64,000 nucleotides of DNA from Vicugna vicugna (Eukaryota): contig MU058449.1 of the NCBI GenBank assembly GCA_013265495.1, forward strand, positions 1 through 64,000, in the 5' to 3' direction. A program made the position numbers and the translations under genes. Shown piece after piece: positions 37,573-51,615 of the stretch. A model generated the notes under the pieces. That model did no database searches, was not told the DNA's origin, and was given only the letters and a program-made list of their open reading frames with translations. How positions within the stretch are numbered: position 1 is the stretch's first letter; each line of letters opens with the position of its first letter.

Positions 37573-37960
37573 ATTTTTCCAACTTTATTGAGCTATTACT
37601 GACATACAACATTTATAAATTTAAGATATACAATGTAATGATTTCATGGACATATGTATTACAAAATGATCACCACAGTAAGGCCAGTTAGCACCTCCAT
37701 TTCCTTACATAATTACCATTTTTTGCATGTGGTGATAACAATAAAGATCCCCTTTCTTAATGACTTTCCAGGACATATAGTACTGTATTGCTGATTTTAG
37801 TCACCATGCTATAGTTAGACCCCCAGAACTTATGCATCTTATAACTGGAAGTTTGTGTCCTTTAACCGACATCTTCTCGTTCTTCCCCCAAGCCTGCCCC
37901 AGCCCCTGGCAACCACCATTCTACACTCTACAGAGTGGAGCTTTAATTTTAAGATACCTA
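37573..37960 (-). mobile_element. Older L1M-type 3' end
   Basis: ctttattgag...gtcaccatgct...ccccagaactta...cccctggcaaccaccattctac. Confidence 0.8.
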
Positions 37961-39092
37961 ATACCATAAAAATGTGGTTACTGAGATATTTTGGACAAAA
38001 GCTGAGAAGTCCTTTATGATGTGGTTTCTCAATTTGTACTGTTCTGATTCTTACTTACTTTTCCTGGAGTCTGGCTGGTGCTGCTTAGGGACAAAGCCAG
38101 AGAAAGACGAATCAGTAAAGAAGGCAGAGAAGAAGATGCCAAGGCTGGAGGAAAATTAGGGAGAAATGATGCCTTTTAAGTAAGAAGGCCATTCTAAAAG
38201 GGGAGTTACCAATGGTGTTGACTCTGGCAGGAAGGCCAAATGGATTAGGAGAGAGAATATTTTCATTAGATTTAGTGACAAAGAAGTCACTAATAATCAC
38301 CTAGAAATTAGTTTCCGTTGGAAGGGTGCAGTGTGGAAGCCAAAATACAATACAATACATTGAGCAGTGCTAGAAAGTAAGGACAATAAGATAGAACTCC
38401 TGAATTGGGTGATCTCAGAATGGACTAGAAAAACAGACCCAAGTTCCCCTTCCTTGGCATCCAGAGAGACAATGTTTCAAGAAGTTTGACTATGAATTGG
38501 AGAAGAGTAAAAGAATGGCAGCTAAAGAAGGAAGGTTCTGTTTTTATGATGGGGTAGTCTTGCCCATGCTTATTGTGTAATGGGAAAGAGACAGAAATTG
38601 AGAGGTTGAAGATGTGTATAATGGACTAATGGAAAAGGTCTCTGAAAGAAATGGCAAGAAGTAGAATCCTAGAGGTGGAGGGTCTGGACTAGGAGAAGAA
38701 GAGATATCAGAAACCAAGAGGCAGGTGTGAATAAGTTTAAAGTTCTAGTAGTGGTAAATAATACGTCTCTTTGTCTCTTTTCCAATAAAATACTTGCTTC
38801 TTTGGTTTTATCTAGCCATACACCTGGTTTGATTATAGAACTGATCAAAGGTTGGGGTTTACTGCGTGAATGTAAAAGAGAGGAAAAGAAGAGATGAAGG
38901 TACCAGTCCTAGTGGGAGATTAGGTCAGAAAAAAGTGAGGAAGGAAAAGCTAATAGATGAATAGATGAGAAGAAAATGAAAGAATGAACAAAACTCTGAG
39001 AGTCAGTCTATGGGCATGAGAACGTAAGGGAGCTTACAGTTTGAAGGCTATGATCAGAAGCTTAAAAAATAAACAAACAGAATTTAAGATTT

Positions 39093-39244
39093 AAATATAC
39101 ACAAAATGTTATGATAAATCACAGAGAAAAAAATGTGACAATGAGTGTGTATATGTCCATGAATGACTGAAAAATTGTGCTGAACACTGGAATCTGACAC
39201 AACACTGTAAAATGATTATGAATCAATAAAAATGTAAAAAAAAA
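39093..39244 (+). mobile_element. Very short L1 3' end
   Basis: Same 3' UTR type as 5600-5750; TSD agaatttaagattt at 39079-39092 and 39245-39258. Confidence 0.85.
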
Positions 39245-39789
39245 AGAATTTAAGATTTTAAAGTTGGAACATGGATTGGGAGGTTGAGGTGAAGTCTCAG
39301 TAACGGTATTGATTTTTTATCTTTAGATGTTTCATCTTTGCCACCTCAAAAGTGTCCTCAAAGGCATGGGCAGTGTTTCCCTTTCCCTGTACAGCTTACT
39401 TTTTTTTTCTTTTTTTTTTTTTTTCCCCTCAAAATTCCCAGAATATGGCTTCTGGCGTAAGATGGGGAAGTAAAGGGATACCACAGTTTAAGGTGAGCAT
39501 TAGAGGCTTTTCTCACATTGTCTTTCGCCTTGTCATTTTATGGGTACTCCCTCGTTCATCATACATTCACAGAGTTTATACTATGGTTGAGACAGGATAC
39601 TGGGTTCTGGTGATATAGAAATAAATGCAACCTAGAGCTCATAGTCTAATAGGGGAAGCAGGACCATAAACAAACACTTTCAATCTCTGACCCTCTGTGT
39701 TGGAGACAGGATGTCTGAAAGAAAGTGAAGAGCTTTCCCAACACACTCTCTTGGGCACATCCCCATCTGTGTTCCCCCACCTGCCTGCC

Positions 39790-40734
39790 ATGTTGATCCT
39801 CAATGGCACCCCCTTCCAGCCAGCCACACTCCAGCTGACAGGCATTCCAGGGATGCAGGCAGGCCAAGCCTGGGTGGCCCTGGTTTTCTGCATCCTCTAC
39901 CTGATCTCCATCATAGGCAACCTCACCATCCTCGCTCTGGTGATTAAGGAGCCTGCTCTGCACCAGCCCATGTACTACTTCCTCTCTGTGCTCTCTCTCA
40001 ATGACCTGGGAGTGTCCTTCTCTACTCTTCCCACTGTGCTCGCTACCTTCTGCTTCAACTATCGTCATGTTGGCTTTGATGCCTGCTTGGTTCAGATGTT
40101 CTTCATTCATACTTTCTCTTTTATGGAATCAGGCATACTACTGGCCATGAGCTTTGATCGTTTTGTGGCTATTTGTGACCCACTACGCTATGCAACTGTG
40201 CTCACCAACAACCGCATCTTGGCTATGGGCCTGTGCATCCTTGCCAAAAGTTTCAACACTCTCTTCCCTTTCCCCTTTCTGGTAAAACTACTGCCCTTCT
40301 GCAAGGGCAATGTTTTGCATCACTCGTACTGCCTCCATCCAGATCTCATGAAAGTGGCATGTGGAGACATTCATGTTAATAACATCTATGGACTCTTCGT
40401 GGTCATTTTCACCTATGGCATAGACTCAACTTTCATCCTGCTTTCCTATGTATTGATCCTGAGAGCCGTGCTGGCCATTGCATCCCAGGAGCAGCAGCTC
40501 AAAGCACTCAACACCTGCATGTCGCACATCTGTGCTGTGTTGGCTTTTTATGTGCCCATAATTGCTGTCTCCATGATTCACCGCTTCTGGAAAAGTGCCC
40601 CACCTGTTGTTCATGTCATGATGTCCAATGTCTACCTGTTTGTACCCCCCATGCTCAACCCCATCATTTACAGTGTGAAAACAAGGGAGATACGCAGAGG
40701 GATACTCAAAGTCTTCTATAAATCTCAGAGCTGA
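39790..40734 (+). CDS. OR51I1: Olfactory receptor 51I1, 314 aa, intact
   Basis: ATG at 39790 (cctgccATG): MLILNGTPFQPATLQLTGIPG...[28 protein letters not shown], characteristic of OR51I1; the ORF-track start 39697 is GTG. Confidence 0.95.
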   Translation: MLILNGTPFQPATLQLTGIPGMQAGQAWVALVFCILYLISIIGNLTILALVIKEPALHQPMYYFLSVLSLNDLGVSFSTLPTVLATFCFNYRHVGFDACLVQMFFIHTFSFMESGILLAMSFDRFVAICDPLRYATVLTNNRILAMGLCILAKSFNTLFPFPFLVKLLPFCKGNVLHHSYCLHPDLMKVACGDIHVNNIYGLFVVIFTYGIDSTFILLSYVLILRAVLAIASQEQQLKALNTCMSHICAVLAFYVPIIAVSMIHRFWKSAPPVVHVMMSNVYLFVPPMLNPIIYSVKTREIRRGILKVFYKSQS

Positions 40735-41562
40735 CGAAGGCTGCGGACCCTGAGAGAACTACCTTAAAGAAAGGACTGGGGTTGTTTGCCATCTTTAGGA
40801 ATGCTAAAACAAGGAGGAGAAGAACCAAGATCTTGGCAGTTGTGAATATGGAGCTAATAAAAAAATCTGACTCTATAAAATGATACAAATATGTATTGAA
40901 CATTTACTATATGAAAAATTTTGTACTAGTTGCTAAGAATGCTATTAACAGTGAGTGAAACATATTGTTAAGTGAGAGATATTTGCTGGGAAATACATAA
41001 AAAAAGGATAAAGATACCCTGAACATGTTTAACATATATGACAATCATGGATTTACAGTGCAGATAGCTTGGAACAGAGATAATTCTGCTACCACCCAGT
41101 GCGAGGAAAACACAAATAAATTTCTGTGGCAGCTTGGCGCTTCAGGGGAGAGAGAGGACCCATTGGTTTGTGGAGATCAAAATAAGTTTTTTCTGTGCTT
41201 GTAAGTAGCTTGTGAAGGATGAGAAGAGTTAGAGTAGTTGGTCGGGGTGACAGGAAGAAGGGACGGTAATGATTTTCGCATAGGTAGCTGCCTGAGAAAA
41301 GATATTTAGGCAAGAAAGTTTAGAACCTTACTATCCCAAGCATGGTCTGATGAACAACAGCATTGCTCTGTCTGGTGTTTTTTTAGAGAAACAAAAACGT
41401 AGACAGCACATAAGACCTACTGAACTCAAGTCGCATTTAATAAGGCCCTGGAGTGATGAAAGCTGAGAAGCGAAGTGCTTCAATTTTGTAACACCTCAGG
41501 TTATCTTGCCCATCTGATGTGTAACAAAGATAACAAGATTCCTGACTAACAAGAGATCCGGA

Positions 41563-41751
41563 AAGCGGTTCTCAAAGTGTGATTTCAGACCAGCACCATC
41601 ACCATTGTTTGGGAGATTTTTAGGCATGCAAATTCTCAGGCGTTTCCTCAGACACCCTGATCAGAAACTCCTAGGTGGTGAAGTACGGAAATCTGGGTTT
41701 TAATTAGTCCTCCAAGCAGTTCTAATATCTGTTAAAGTTTGAGAACCTTTA
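41563..41751. mobile_element. MER5A-like MITE
   Basis: agcggttctcaaagt ... atgcaaattctcagg ... aaagtttgagaacc. Confidence 0.8.
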
Positions 41752-43959
41752 ATCTAGAATACTGGTCTAGAATATTTGGGAGATTTGCGAACAGCTTTAT
41801 TTAAAGGGGGAGGTTTCATTTCGAGAAGCTCTGGAAACAAGAACCTGGGAGATTGCCTAAGTCAGATTGTGGGTGGATGTCAATGCTGGAGGAACCCAAG
41901 TGCATGACAACTAGGCATATGCTGTTGGTGGCAAAGGGAAACGCAGACTTAGAGCCTACTATCTCCATGAGGTGGCACAGATGGGACACAGAAATAACTT
42001 CACAGAGGAAGCTTCACAGACGAACACTCTCCAGCCACTTCGCCACCACACAGAGGCTCCTGCCCCATCATGCGATTCTCTTCTTCTCCTCCCAATTTCC
42101 ACCCCCTGAAATCCCAACCTACCTGAAATCCAAAATTTAGGTAAAATCCAATGATAACTCTGCCCTCTAAGCAAAGAGAACCTAGAGGGGGAAAAATCAG
42201 TTGGTTGTTACAATGAGATACAGGATCAGCAAGATTTCTTGGCGTGGAACTTGAATGCATACAAGCTTCTGATCAAAGCCTCTCTGAGACTTTTTTCTTT
42301 TCTACAAAGTCTATTAACTTCCTTCTGGAGAGTATACTCCTCCCTTAAACGGAAAATGTTTACTCTGGTTGTATGTTTCCACACCAAACATGTACCTGCA
42401 TTGTGTCTACCTTTGCTGTGCTCCATGGTGGAAATTTTGATTTCCATACCACAGTACAAATTTATTTCCCTATTTAAGCTCTATGGGGGAACTGCTTTAT
42501 AATTTTGCCATAAGTGATATTTAACATTTATAATATATCCCTTTTGTTGGGATTTGCACAGACATTATGTTTGGCGTATCACTCTCAGAGTGAGCAAATA
42601 CTCTGTTTTCTCTGACTTCTTTTCTCATTTAGTGGAGGCAGAACTAAGCCTTGAAAGAACTTTTCAAAAGTGGAAAAAAAAAAAGGTCAAATCTAAAATT
42701 CTACAAATAGTACAGTGTTCGGTGTGCCTAGTACATGTGAATTAAATAAACAGCCAAATGCTAATTAAATAAATGAAGGAATTGGATCCAAGCTGATTTA
42801 TTTCCCTTTATGCCGCCTCCAATGACACAGCGAGAGTCACGTTGCTCTGTGGCTTCTCAGAGCCCCCCTCCCCTCACCAGGGACTGCTGCTCGGTCTGAG
42901 ACACCGTGTCGGTCCCTTTCTTTTCCCATAATTCTATGACCTTATTCACAAGGTTGTTTTCTGCATTCTCCTGAATTTCATTCTCTTTTTCCTAACTCAT
43001 CAATTTTAACCCAACCAGTTCTACAATCAGGGAAAGGAGAACGTTTTTCAAACAGCTTCTCTAAGACATTTCAAAGTTTTATACGGTGAAAGGAAAATTT
43101 TCTCTATGTCCGGCTTCTGTTTTCATCCTCTCCCCCCCCGGAAAAGAAGAGAGCTCTCCCAGAATTCTTTTCCTTGATACACACTCCATATGAAACTGAA
43201 GAAAAGAGGAGGTAAGATGCGCTATTTAATGGGAAGACTAGGTATTTGGGAAAATAAACAATTTGGAATGCCTAAAACTGAAACCTGCAGCAGATCTTCT
43301 GACAGGCATAATTATCACGTGTGGTACAATCACATTAAAAGAAAGTCACTTTCTTTTTATTTGAATCTCCCCCGTAGATAGGACCTATTCTCTTTACAAA
43401 TCAGGTTCCAAATTGAAACAATACTAATGTCATGAAATCATGAAGCTAACAGATGGCAAAGCTAGGACTCAAACCCACGTCTGTGTGAGTTTGGACCCCA
43501 TGCCCTTTCAATACCCTGCGATGTCTCTCCTGGAAGAGACCTCAGTCCTATGAAACTTGGTAGAGAGTTGGGTGGGAGATGGTGGGACTGGGAGCCGAGC
43601 AGGGAACAGCAGTGGTAAGTCAATAAGGCAGCCGTGGTCATATATTCTATTGGTTAAATCCTGGGACAGCTTTACATTTCAAGTTCTGTTCTCCTGGCTC
43701 TGAGTTCTGAATTTTGTCCATTGGGCCTAAACTTGAGGTTCTGCCTGGAATATGAGTTTTCAGCCCAGAGTTCAGGGATCTAAGTGGGGTCTGGGCTCGG
43801 AGGTCTGACTTTGAGCCTGGATAATTGATGTGGGAGGGCTGTTGCTATGGAGCTTGGGGGAATCTGTCTCCATCCTCCTCTTCATCACAAGGAAGGAGTT
43901 GGAATTTTATTTTCTCTGAGAAGAGAGGAAAGTACTTCCAGGGGGAGTATTTTTTGTTT

Positions 43960-44140
43960 TCTTTTGTTCCCAGGGTGAGATATAATCCCCCTCCTTTCCC
44001 CATCGTCAGCACAGCATCACACGCAGGAAAACCAGGACCCCAGAGGCCCTAGCCCCTGGGAACTCTCATTCAGAGACATAAAGCCCGCCTGTCTCTTGGC
44101 TAGCGCCTGCCTGAGGCCCATTCTGGAGCCACTGTGAGCT
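43960..44140 (+). promoter_or_regulatory. Candidate promoter of the OR51K1-like gene
   Basis: Clustered O/E-like sites tcccagggt, ccccagagg, cccctgggaa followed by cataaag ~44078; 2.6 kb upstream of the CDS. Confidence 0.45.
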
Positions 44141-44894
44141 CTGGCCTCGGTCTGCCAACTCAGCTCTCACTTCACAGAACTCTTCCAGGCGAGCGTGAAT
44201 CTATTTGTGTCCCCGGGTATGTGCACAAGAAATGTGTTTCTGTGTCAGTTCTCTCTGTTCCGCTGTGTGGTTCCCTCAGCCTCTCTCAGGTCTCTGTATC
44301 TTTGAGTGAGTCTCTGTCCACGCGTGTGTGTGAGTTTGTGTATTTGCTATGATTTGTTTGGCCTGTGATGGAGGTGGAGATGCTTTTAAAAAAGGAAAAA
44401 ATTCTCAAAATCTGATTTTTTGTGTCTATTTTCTTAAAAAGAAATAATATACATCCCGATGCCCTGCGTCCTCCACAGACACTTTCAGATAGAGCTGCCG
44501 ACCCTGCTCCACAGGGAAAGACACGTGCTAGTCACATGACGGGGTTGACGTCTTGCCTCAGTTCTATTTCACACAGATCCAAAATCATGATATTCTCAGG
44601 GTTACAGACTAAGAGAGATTTTTGACCTTCTGGAACATCCTGCCCAAGGGCAGGAGAGTTGAAAGGGACCTTAATCCCAGTTCAGCAGATGCTGGAATTC
44701 TCCCTCCAGCATTTCCATCAAAGGTCATTCAGCTGTTGCAGCTGTGGCTTGAATATCTTCACTGACCAGAAATTTATTACTTCATCATGTAGCTTTGACT
44801 CTCAGAGAAAGAGTCTTCCTTCCCTGTGCCCTAGACCATCCCCTGTCATCTCTGTTGTGGGCACACAACATGGTGACCGTGACACGGAGGTTGG

Positions 44895-45379
44895 TGTCGA
44901 CTAAAATAAATGTGTACCCTGAAAGTTGAGAGTTCTGTTTTATTTGGCGGGAGGACTCGAGCCAGGATGACAGCCTCTCAGATGGCTCTGAGGGACTGCT
45001 CCGAAGAGGTAGGGTAGGGGCTAGGACATGTAGGATCTTTGCGACAGAGACCAGGTAGTTGGAACAATAAAAGATCACTTGTTATCTAAAGAAAACTGGG
45101 CATCTCAAGTTAAAGAATTTAGTGCTTTTCTATGTACGGGAGGAAGCAAACATTTGGGCTCACTGAATTCATTCCTTTGACAAGCACCCAGCTATCTAGG
45201 GCCAGTATCTTGTCCTTTCTTATTCTGAGTCCCCTCAGAGGGCACCATTGGAGTGGCTGCAGAGGCCGGGCTGCAGGCTTGTCTTCACTGGAGGGTGGCA
45301 GTAGCCGCTGATGACCTGACACCGGATGGCTTCAGCATTCTTTGTGTACTGATATGGTTTGCAGTGCTTTTCGTTCACA
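44895..45379 (-). mobile_element. Solo ERV1 LTR, MER41-like, nested in a probable older LTR (~44850-45847)
   Basis: TG...CA ends; TSD ttgg at 44891-44894 and 45380-45383; minus-strand AATAAA near 44940. Confidence 0.85.
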
Positions 45380-46707
45380 TTGGTAAAGAACTACCAGAGA
45401 CTGAGAAAAGTTTAGGAAAGTTTGATAGACACGTTGCTACAGGCAACAGTGGGCCACACAGGCGACAGCTGCCTGCTTGAGGGCCCAGGATGGGCATGCA
45501 GGGTCTTTCATTGGGGGGAGGGGGCTGTGCACACAAGGAGTAGGGGCTACCTGATCAGTTTGTGCGCAGGCACCTGATTGGCTGTAAGATCTGTCAGGGA
45601 CTTCTCCGAACAATAGGTTTTCTGACTTGATAAGGGCAGGATGTGAGGCCAGTGCCCTAGGCTATTGTGGGGCTATCTCCCGGGGTGATGAGTTTTGTTA
45701 GGGAAAACACACATCAAGAGAAGATGTTTTATATCTTGCAGAAATGCAGGTATGCGAAGGGTCCTGCAGTGGAGAGTGGGGGTTAATGTGTCAAAGGCTC
45801 CAAGCACACAGGCACACGGAGAGCCCAGGGGTGGGGGTCTTATGACACCAGAGAGTGCCAGCTGTCAGTCTCCACCCGTCACCCACTTCCTCTTACACCC
45901 ATCCCCACCCATCTCTGCTGCAGTCTCCTCTTCTCAAAACAAAACATCACTGGTTCCTTCAATGCTCTTTCTAGGACTTGGTTCTCCTTGCCTTTGAGTG
46001 TTTCCCAATTGGTTTAACTCTGATCTAGAATATGGAACCCATACTCTGCTCAGAATGGGCCTCAGGCAGGCACTTTCTGAATGTACTTCAGTTATAGCCC
46101 TGAGCAGTGTGTTCATGTTTTCATTAATTCATGAATTCTTGAGCATGTCTTTGTGCTAGAAGCAAGAAGTGGTGGGGAGGCAAGAATGAATGAGGCACAC
46201 GTTTAACCCTCAAAGAGCCCGAACTATGACTGAGGGAACAGGGGTAAAAGTACTTCCCCCAAAATAAAAAGTATGTATAAAATATTACAAGTCATGGATG
46301 AAATTTTATTATTTCTGCTTAAACAGTGATAGGAAAAGCTGCAGACAAAAATAAAGGTTTTGAATATGAGTGATAGTAAGAATTCAAAAACAAGAAAGAG
46401 AAAGAAAATAAAAGAAAAAAAGAAAACATTGAACTGTAGATGCACATTTTAGAACATATTATCTTCTGAATAAAATACTCTTGTTCACGATGCCTAAAAC
46501 CCATAAAGTTGTAAGCTGCGTATCACACTTTTGATTCATATTAGATTTACTATCCATGGGACATCCTGACAGGAGGACTTGAAGTAAGTGAATTAAAAGT
46601 CAGTTTCTTTGAGTAGCTAAATAAATTTAAGGTAGGTGAGAGCTAACTTTTGTTTTTGTTTTTGTTTTCCAAATGTCAGGTGAAGACTGATCTCTGCTGT
46701 TGGTGAC

Positions 46708-47658
46708 ATGAAAACTGAGAGCAATGAAAGTCTTGACCTCTTATCTGTCTTCCTGACTGGCATTCCAGGATTGGAAGCCCAACACGGCTGGCTTTCCATC
46801 CCCTTCTTCACCATGTACATTGTGGCCATTGTGGGCAACAGCCTAATCATGGCAGCAGTGCAGGCAGACCCTGCCTTACATGAGCCCATGTACTTGTTCC
46901 TCTCCATGTTGGCTGTCACTGAGGTGGGTGTCTCTGTGTCTACACTGCCCACTGTCATGGGCATTCTTTGGTTTGATACCTGCCAGATTGACTTTGATGG
47001 CTGCCTGGCCCAGATGTTCTTCATTCACACCTTCTCTTGCATGGAGTCAGGGGTCCTACTGGCCATGAGCTACGATCGCTTTGTAGCCATCTACAACCCA
47101 CTGCGATATACAGCTATCCTGACCCTGCCCCGTATCATCTCCATGGGTCTGGGCATCACTGTGAAGAGTGTGACTCTCATGGCTCCCCTTCCAATCCTTT
47201 TGAGGCAACTGCCCTATTGCCACACTAACATCCTCTCCCACTCTTACTGCCTCCACTCAGACCTGATCCAGCTGCCTTGTGCTGATACTAAGCTCAATAG
47301 CATCCTGGGTTTGGCCATTGTCTTGGCCACTTTTGGGCTGGACTCACTGCTCATTGTGATTTCTTATATGCTGATTCTTTACACAGTGCTGGGCATTGCT
47401 TCTGGGGAGGGACGATGGAAGGCCCTCAATACGTGTGTGTCACACATCTGTGCGGTGCTTGTGTACTATGTGCCTATGATTGGTGTGTCTGTGATGCATC
47501 ATGCCGCCAAGCATGCCTCACCCCTGGTCCACACACTCATGTCTAGCATCTACCTCTTTGTGCCCCCTGTACTCAACCCCATCATCTACAGTGTCAAGAC
47601 CAAGCCAATCCGACAGGGAATTGTCACCTTGTTTTCCTGTAAGAGAGAACTACTCTGA
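46708..47658 (+). CDS. OR51K1: Olfactory receptor family 51, OR51K1-like, 316 aa, intact
   Basis: OR51 motifs ([43 protein letters not shown]); syntenic slot between OR51I1 and OR51Q1 where human has OR51K1P; branch point gctaac 46642, pyrimidine tract and AG at 46678-46679. Symbol rests mainly on synteny. Confidence 0.85.
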   Translation: MKTESNESLDLLSVFLTGIPGLEAQHGWLSIPFFTMYIVAIVGNSLIMAAVQADPALHEPMYLFLSMLAVTEVGVSVSTLPTVMGILWFDTCQIDFDGCLAQMFFIHTFSCMESGVLLAMSYDRFVAIYNPLRYTAILTLPRIISMGLGITVKSVTLMAPLPILLRQLPYCHTNILSHSYCLHSDLIQLPCADTKLNSILGLAIVLATFGLDSLLIVISYMLILYTVLGIASGEGRWKALNTCVSHICAVLVYYVPMIGVSVMHHAAKHASPLVHTLMSSIYLFVPPVLNPIIYSVKTKPIRQGIVTLFSCKRELL

Positions 47659-50499
47659 ATCATTCCCAGGGGCAGGGACTTTGTCAGTCCATAAACTCTG
47701 ATGGTGTTTCTTCTGTGGGCAAAGTGCTACATCAGGAGTTTTCAGGAAGAATGTGAGTCAGAAATTCAAAGTGTTGCCTACAGGATTGAATCTGGATCAC
47801 AAGACTTATCTTAACCCCTCCCCATCTCACACCTTATCAGTGTATGTGTGTCTCTGTTTGTGCCCATGTGCATGCCATCTCTGGCAGATATGATGATCTT
47901 CAGGGCAGAGATCATGAATTCCCTTTTCGTTTTTCTCTCAAAGCTCCCAGCAAAAAGCCTGGCAAATAATAAGTTAACAGTAAAGGCTTAAGACTTGATG
48001 ATATTTGAGTTGAAATAAAACAAATTCTTGTTTAGAGGGGTCAGGCAGGAATTGTGTCTCCTCCAAGAAAAAGTCATCCTAGGAATATGGCTTTGAGTAA
48101 CGTAAGTACATTTTTTGGTTTGTCCCAGATAATCATGATTTACACTTATTCTTCTCAGCATCACTATTAATGGCACTCCTTTTTCCTCTCAAAAATGTCC
48201 TTGTTTAAACAGTAAATTAATGCTAAACCTATTCATGAAGCAACCTCCTTCCTATTATGTAAGGAACCAGACTCTTTCAACAACTTACCATCCAAAAGTC
48301 TCTACCCTCAGAGTTTACGTACTGGGAGATTCTGAGGATGAGGATTAGCTGAATAGATGGTGTCAGCTTAGGTGTCAAGTAAAATATGGCAAACTCACAA
48401 AGCCAGGTTTCAGATCCTAAGAATCCTAGGAAAAGCTCTAAATTCTGCTTTAGTAGAAACTTGGTTCCTATTTTTCTTATGTCATCGTGCCTGGAAATAC
48501 TTGTTCTCCTCTCCTCCCATCCCTTCGGCCTTCAGCCAGCTCACCATGGCATGCAGCAGGTATGTTTTTACCTGTCCCTTCACCCCACCCCTTCTCTAGC
48601 TCTGTCAGCCTAGCTCCAGTGGGCACCGCTTCCTTCTGCCCGTGGCTGTCTGTGGTATCCCGGAAACCTTTGGTCAAATGGGAGAGTGTCCCCACACCTC
48701 CTAAACAACACAGGTCTGTGTAGGGTGGATTGATAAGACCGTGCTGGTCGATCAGTAACTGGTCTCAGATTTTAGCCTCTCTCACTTCAGGGCCTCCAGT
48801 TACAATGGGAGTGTTTCCCTCACCATGTGCTATTCTTCCAGACCTCATCTAGTTCATCAGGGTCACCTTTACACAGGGAAATTTTTTAAGTACTCAATCT
48901 GTTTAGGATAGTGATTGCTAAATTTTTGTGTATTCTATAAAATAATTAATGAAAGAAAAAATAAACTATGTATCTTTTTATGCATTTTCAGATTGACATC
49001 AAAATTTTATAAATTTACATAGTCGTTGAGCATGCATTTTGGTATATAGTATAAATATAGTGAGTTTAAAATAAATTGTTATATCACATTTAAAAATAAC
49101 TAATGGAAACTAAATATGGTATTTTGATACTTGACATCATGGATTTAAAAATGCATGAACACATTCTTAACCATTCACATATTTTTACATCAATTCCTTT
49201 TCTCCTTGAATCCAAATTTTTATTTTATCCCCACCAAAGAGTTTTTTGATTGTGTAATATATTTTTCTGTTTGAAACAATTTTGATGATCACTCTGTCAT
49301 AATACTTTCCAAAAAATGTATATAAATGTATTTAAATTTGATGTTTAATAATTGATGACACATAGAGCATTATTTTTAAAATGTATTCTGCATTAAGTTA
49401 TTTTTTTTTGCATTGAGTTATTTTTCTAATGCTTATTAGTACATAATTAATCAAAACAACATAAGCATGACACAAATATTGATATACTCAAAGTAAAATT
49501 TGATTGGCAATTCATCTCTTAATGAGCTGCATGAGCTTTTTTTTCTTGGAGGAGCTGAAAATGAATATTATTTATTAAAAGAATGAGACATAGTTCAGTA
49601 GTAATTCTGTTCCTATTGACTTTCTCCCTATTCCATAATTGTTAATACTGATATGTTTAATAACATAAATAAGATGATGATATGGGTACTGTTTTATCAT
49701 TGCCCACTGCCATTTTTAATGCCTTTGGAATTAAAAAATAAAAAATAATATGACTATATACTTCAATTAAAAGATAATAATATGATGATGATCTGTTTGG
49801 AACAATTATTTGAATGACCAATAAATCCATTGGATTCCTCTTTACTTTTCTTGAAAGCAATGAAATTGATACCATTTGTCTTACACTAGAATATGTTACC
49901 TAGTCATTGGCATCATTTACTTCATCAAAATCTATGCCAATATTTCCCATGGTCCCTTTGGTATCTTAGAAATGTTTATCCTTTGGGGGTATATCATAGA
50001 AAGAGTCAATGGCTTTAGGAACTATGCATATTCATTTGCATTTTTTCCTTTTTTAAAATTAAATTTTATTTATTTTTTGGTTTAGTGAGAGAATGGGACT
50101 GTAAAAAGGAAGAAAAACGGTGTAACAAGAGACACAGTCAGACCAGATTCATTCTTACACAGCAATTTAAGCAAAGAAACTATATGGGCATTGAATATCT
50201 AAAAATTTATTCCTTTAAAAGTATTTGTGCTCCAGCACTTCCAAAAATATTCTCTCATTTCTCTAGGACTGCATGTAATTAGTTTACAGACACTAAATTA
50301 GATGTTCACCAATGACAACTTCTATAAAGCCAAAGTGACTTTCCTAGACAAAATCTGGTCGAATTTCACAGTCAAATATCAGAGAAAATGATTTCTTCTG
50401 GACTGGTGCCCCAGGGACTTGGACTTACACATAAATATGCACTTCTGTCACTGAAAAGTGACCAATCATTTTCTTCATTTATTCAAGTAATATTTTGAA

Positions 50500-50945
50500 C
50501 TTTGGGGTGCATGTATCTTTTCAAATTAGAGTTTCCTCAAGGATGGACCTGGAGATCATCACACTAAGTGAAGTAAGCCAGAAAGAGAAAGAATAATACC
50601 ATATGGTATCACTCATACATGGAATATTTAAAAAAAAAACCCACAAATGAACTTATTTGGAGAACAGAGACAGACTCAAATAGAAAACAAATTTATGGTT
50701 ACTATGGTAGAAAAAGGTGGAGGTAAAGGGACAAACTGGGAGTTAGGGATTGGCTGATACAAACTAGTATATAATAGATGAACAACAAGGTCCTACTGTG
50801 TAGTACAGGGAACTATATTTGAAGCCTTGTAATAGCCTATGATTAAAAAAATACGAAAAGGAATATATATATATATAATTGAATCACTATGTTGTACACC
50901 AGAAATTAACACGTTGTAAATCGACTATACTTCAATTAAAAAAAA
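50500..50945 (+). mobile_element. L1 3' end with short 5' inversion
   Basis: 50500-50538 is antisense L1 (ggggtgcatgtatcttttcaaattagagtt), then sense ggatggacctggagatcatcacactaagtgaag to the A tail. Confidence 0.88.
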
Positions 50946-51615
50946 TCTACTTTGATTCTGATATTGGCCACCTGTACTATGAGTTCAATAATCAGAAATT
51001 GTAACCAAAATGATGGCTTCCTTTCAAACTGGTATTTCTTAGAGAACCTACCTGGTTTCCACAAAATAATCTTTATGATCATTAAGGCCATATCCCATCT
51101 ATCAGAACCTTTTCTAGTACAAAATCCATGATTCCAAAGGGAACTGGCTAAGAATCTGAACCACATTAACAGCATTACGGTTAAAAAGAAAAAAAACAAA
51201 AACAAAAACACAGCCTGTTGTGGTCAGAAAAATGAGTTCCTGTTCCCACAAATGCTTTCAGTAGATCCTTGAAGTTTTAGTTCTAAATACTAGGGGTCTC
51301 TGGCAAGGCAGGAGGCTTAATCTAGCTATGGGGGCTCTTACTGTCTCACCCTAGTCTTTAGCCTCTTTGCATGTGTTCATCTAGTCTGCTGAACTCACAC
51401 TGGGTGTTGATTAGGCAATCTGAGCTGAAAAGCTGTTGATCTCAGCTGGATAGTTCAGAAACTTGATCTGTATCCATCTTCCCTCAGATAATTCTACTCT
51501 TTTTCAAGAGACAGAGAACACACATACCCACTGTATGAACCAGGGCAATGGAGTTCACCTGAAGGTCTCAGTGGAGCTGCCTAGGAGAATGGCTGGTGGG
51601 GGCAACAACTAAGGG

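Noticed and set aside
39697..39789. N-terminal extensions of OR ORFs in the track (20802, 39697, 53076, 58390)
   Set aside because: Use GTG/TTG starts or lie upstream of a likely splice acceptor; orthologue-like starts are downstream
48900..49970. Very AT-rich kilobase
   Set aside because: Probably a decayed DNA transposon; family and ends cannot be supported by eye
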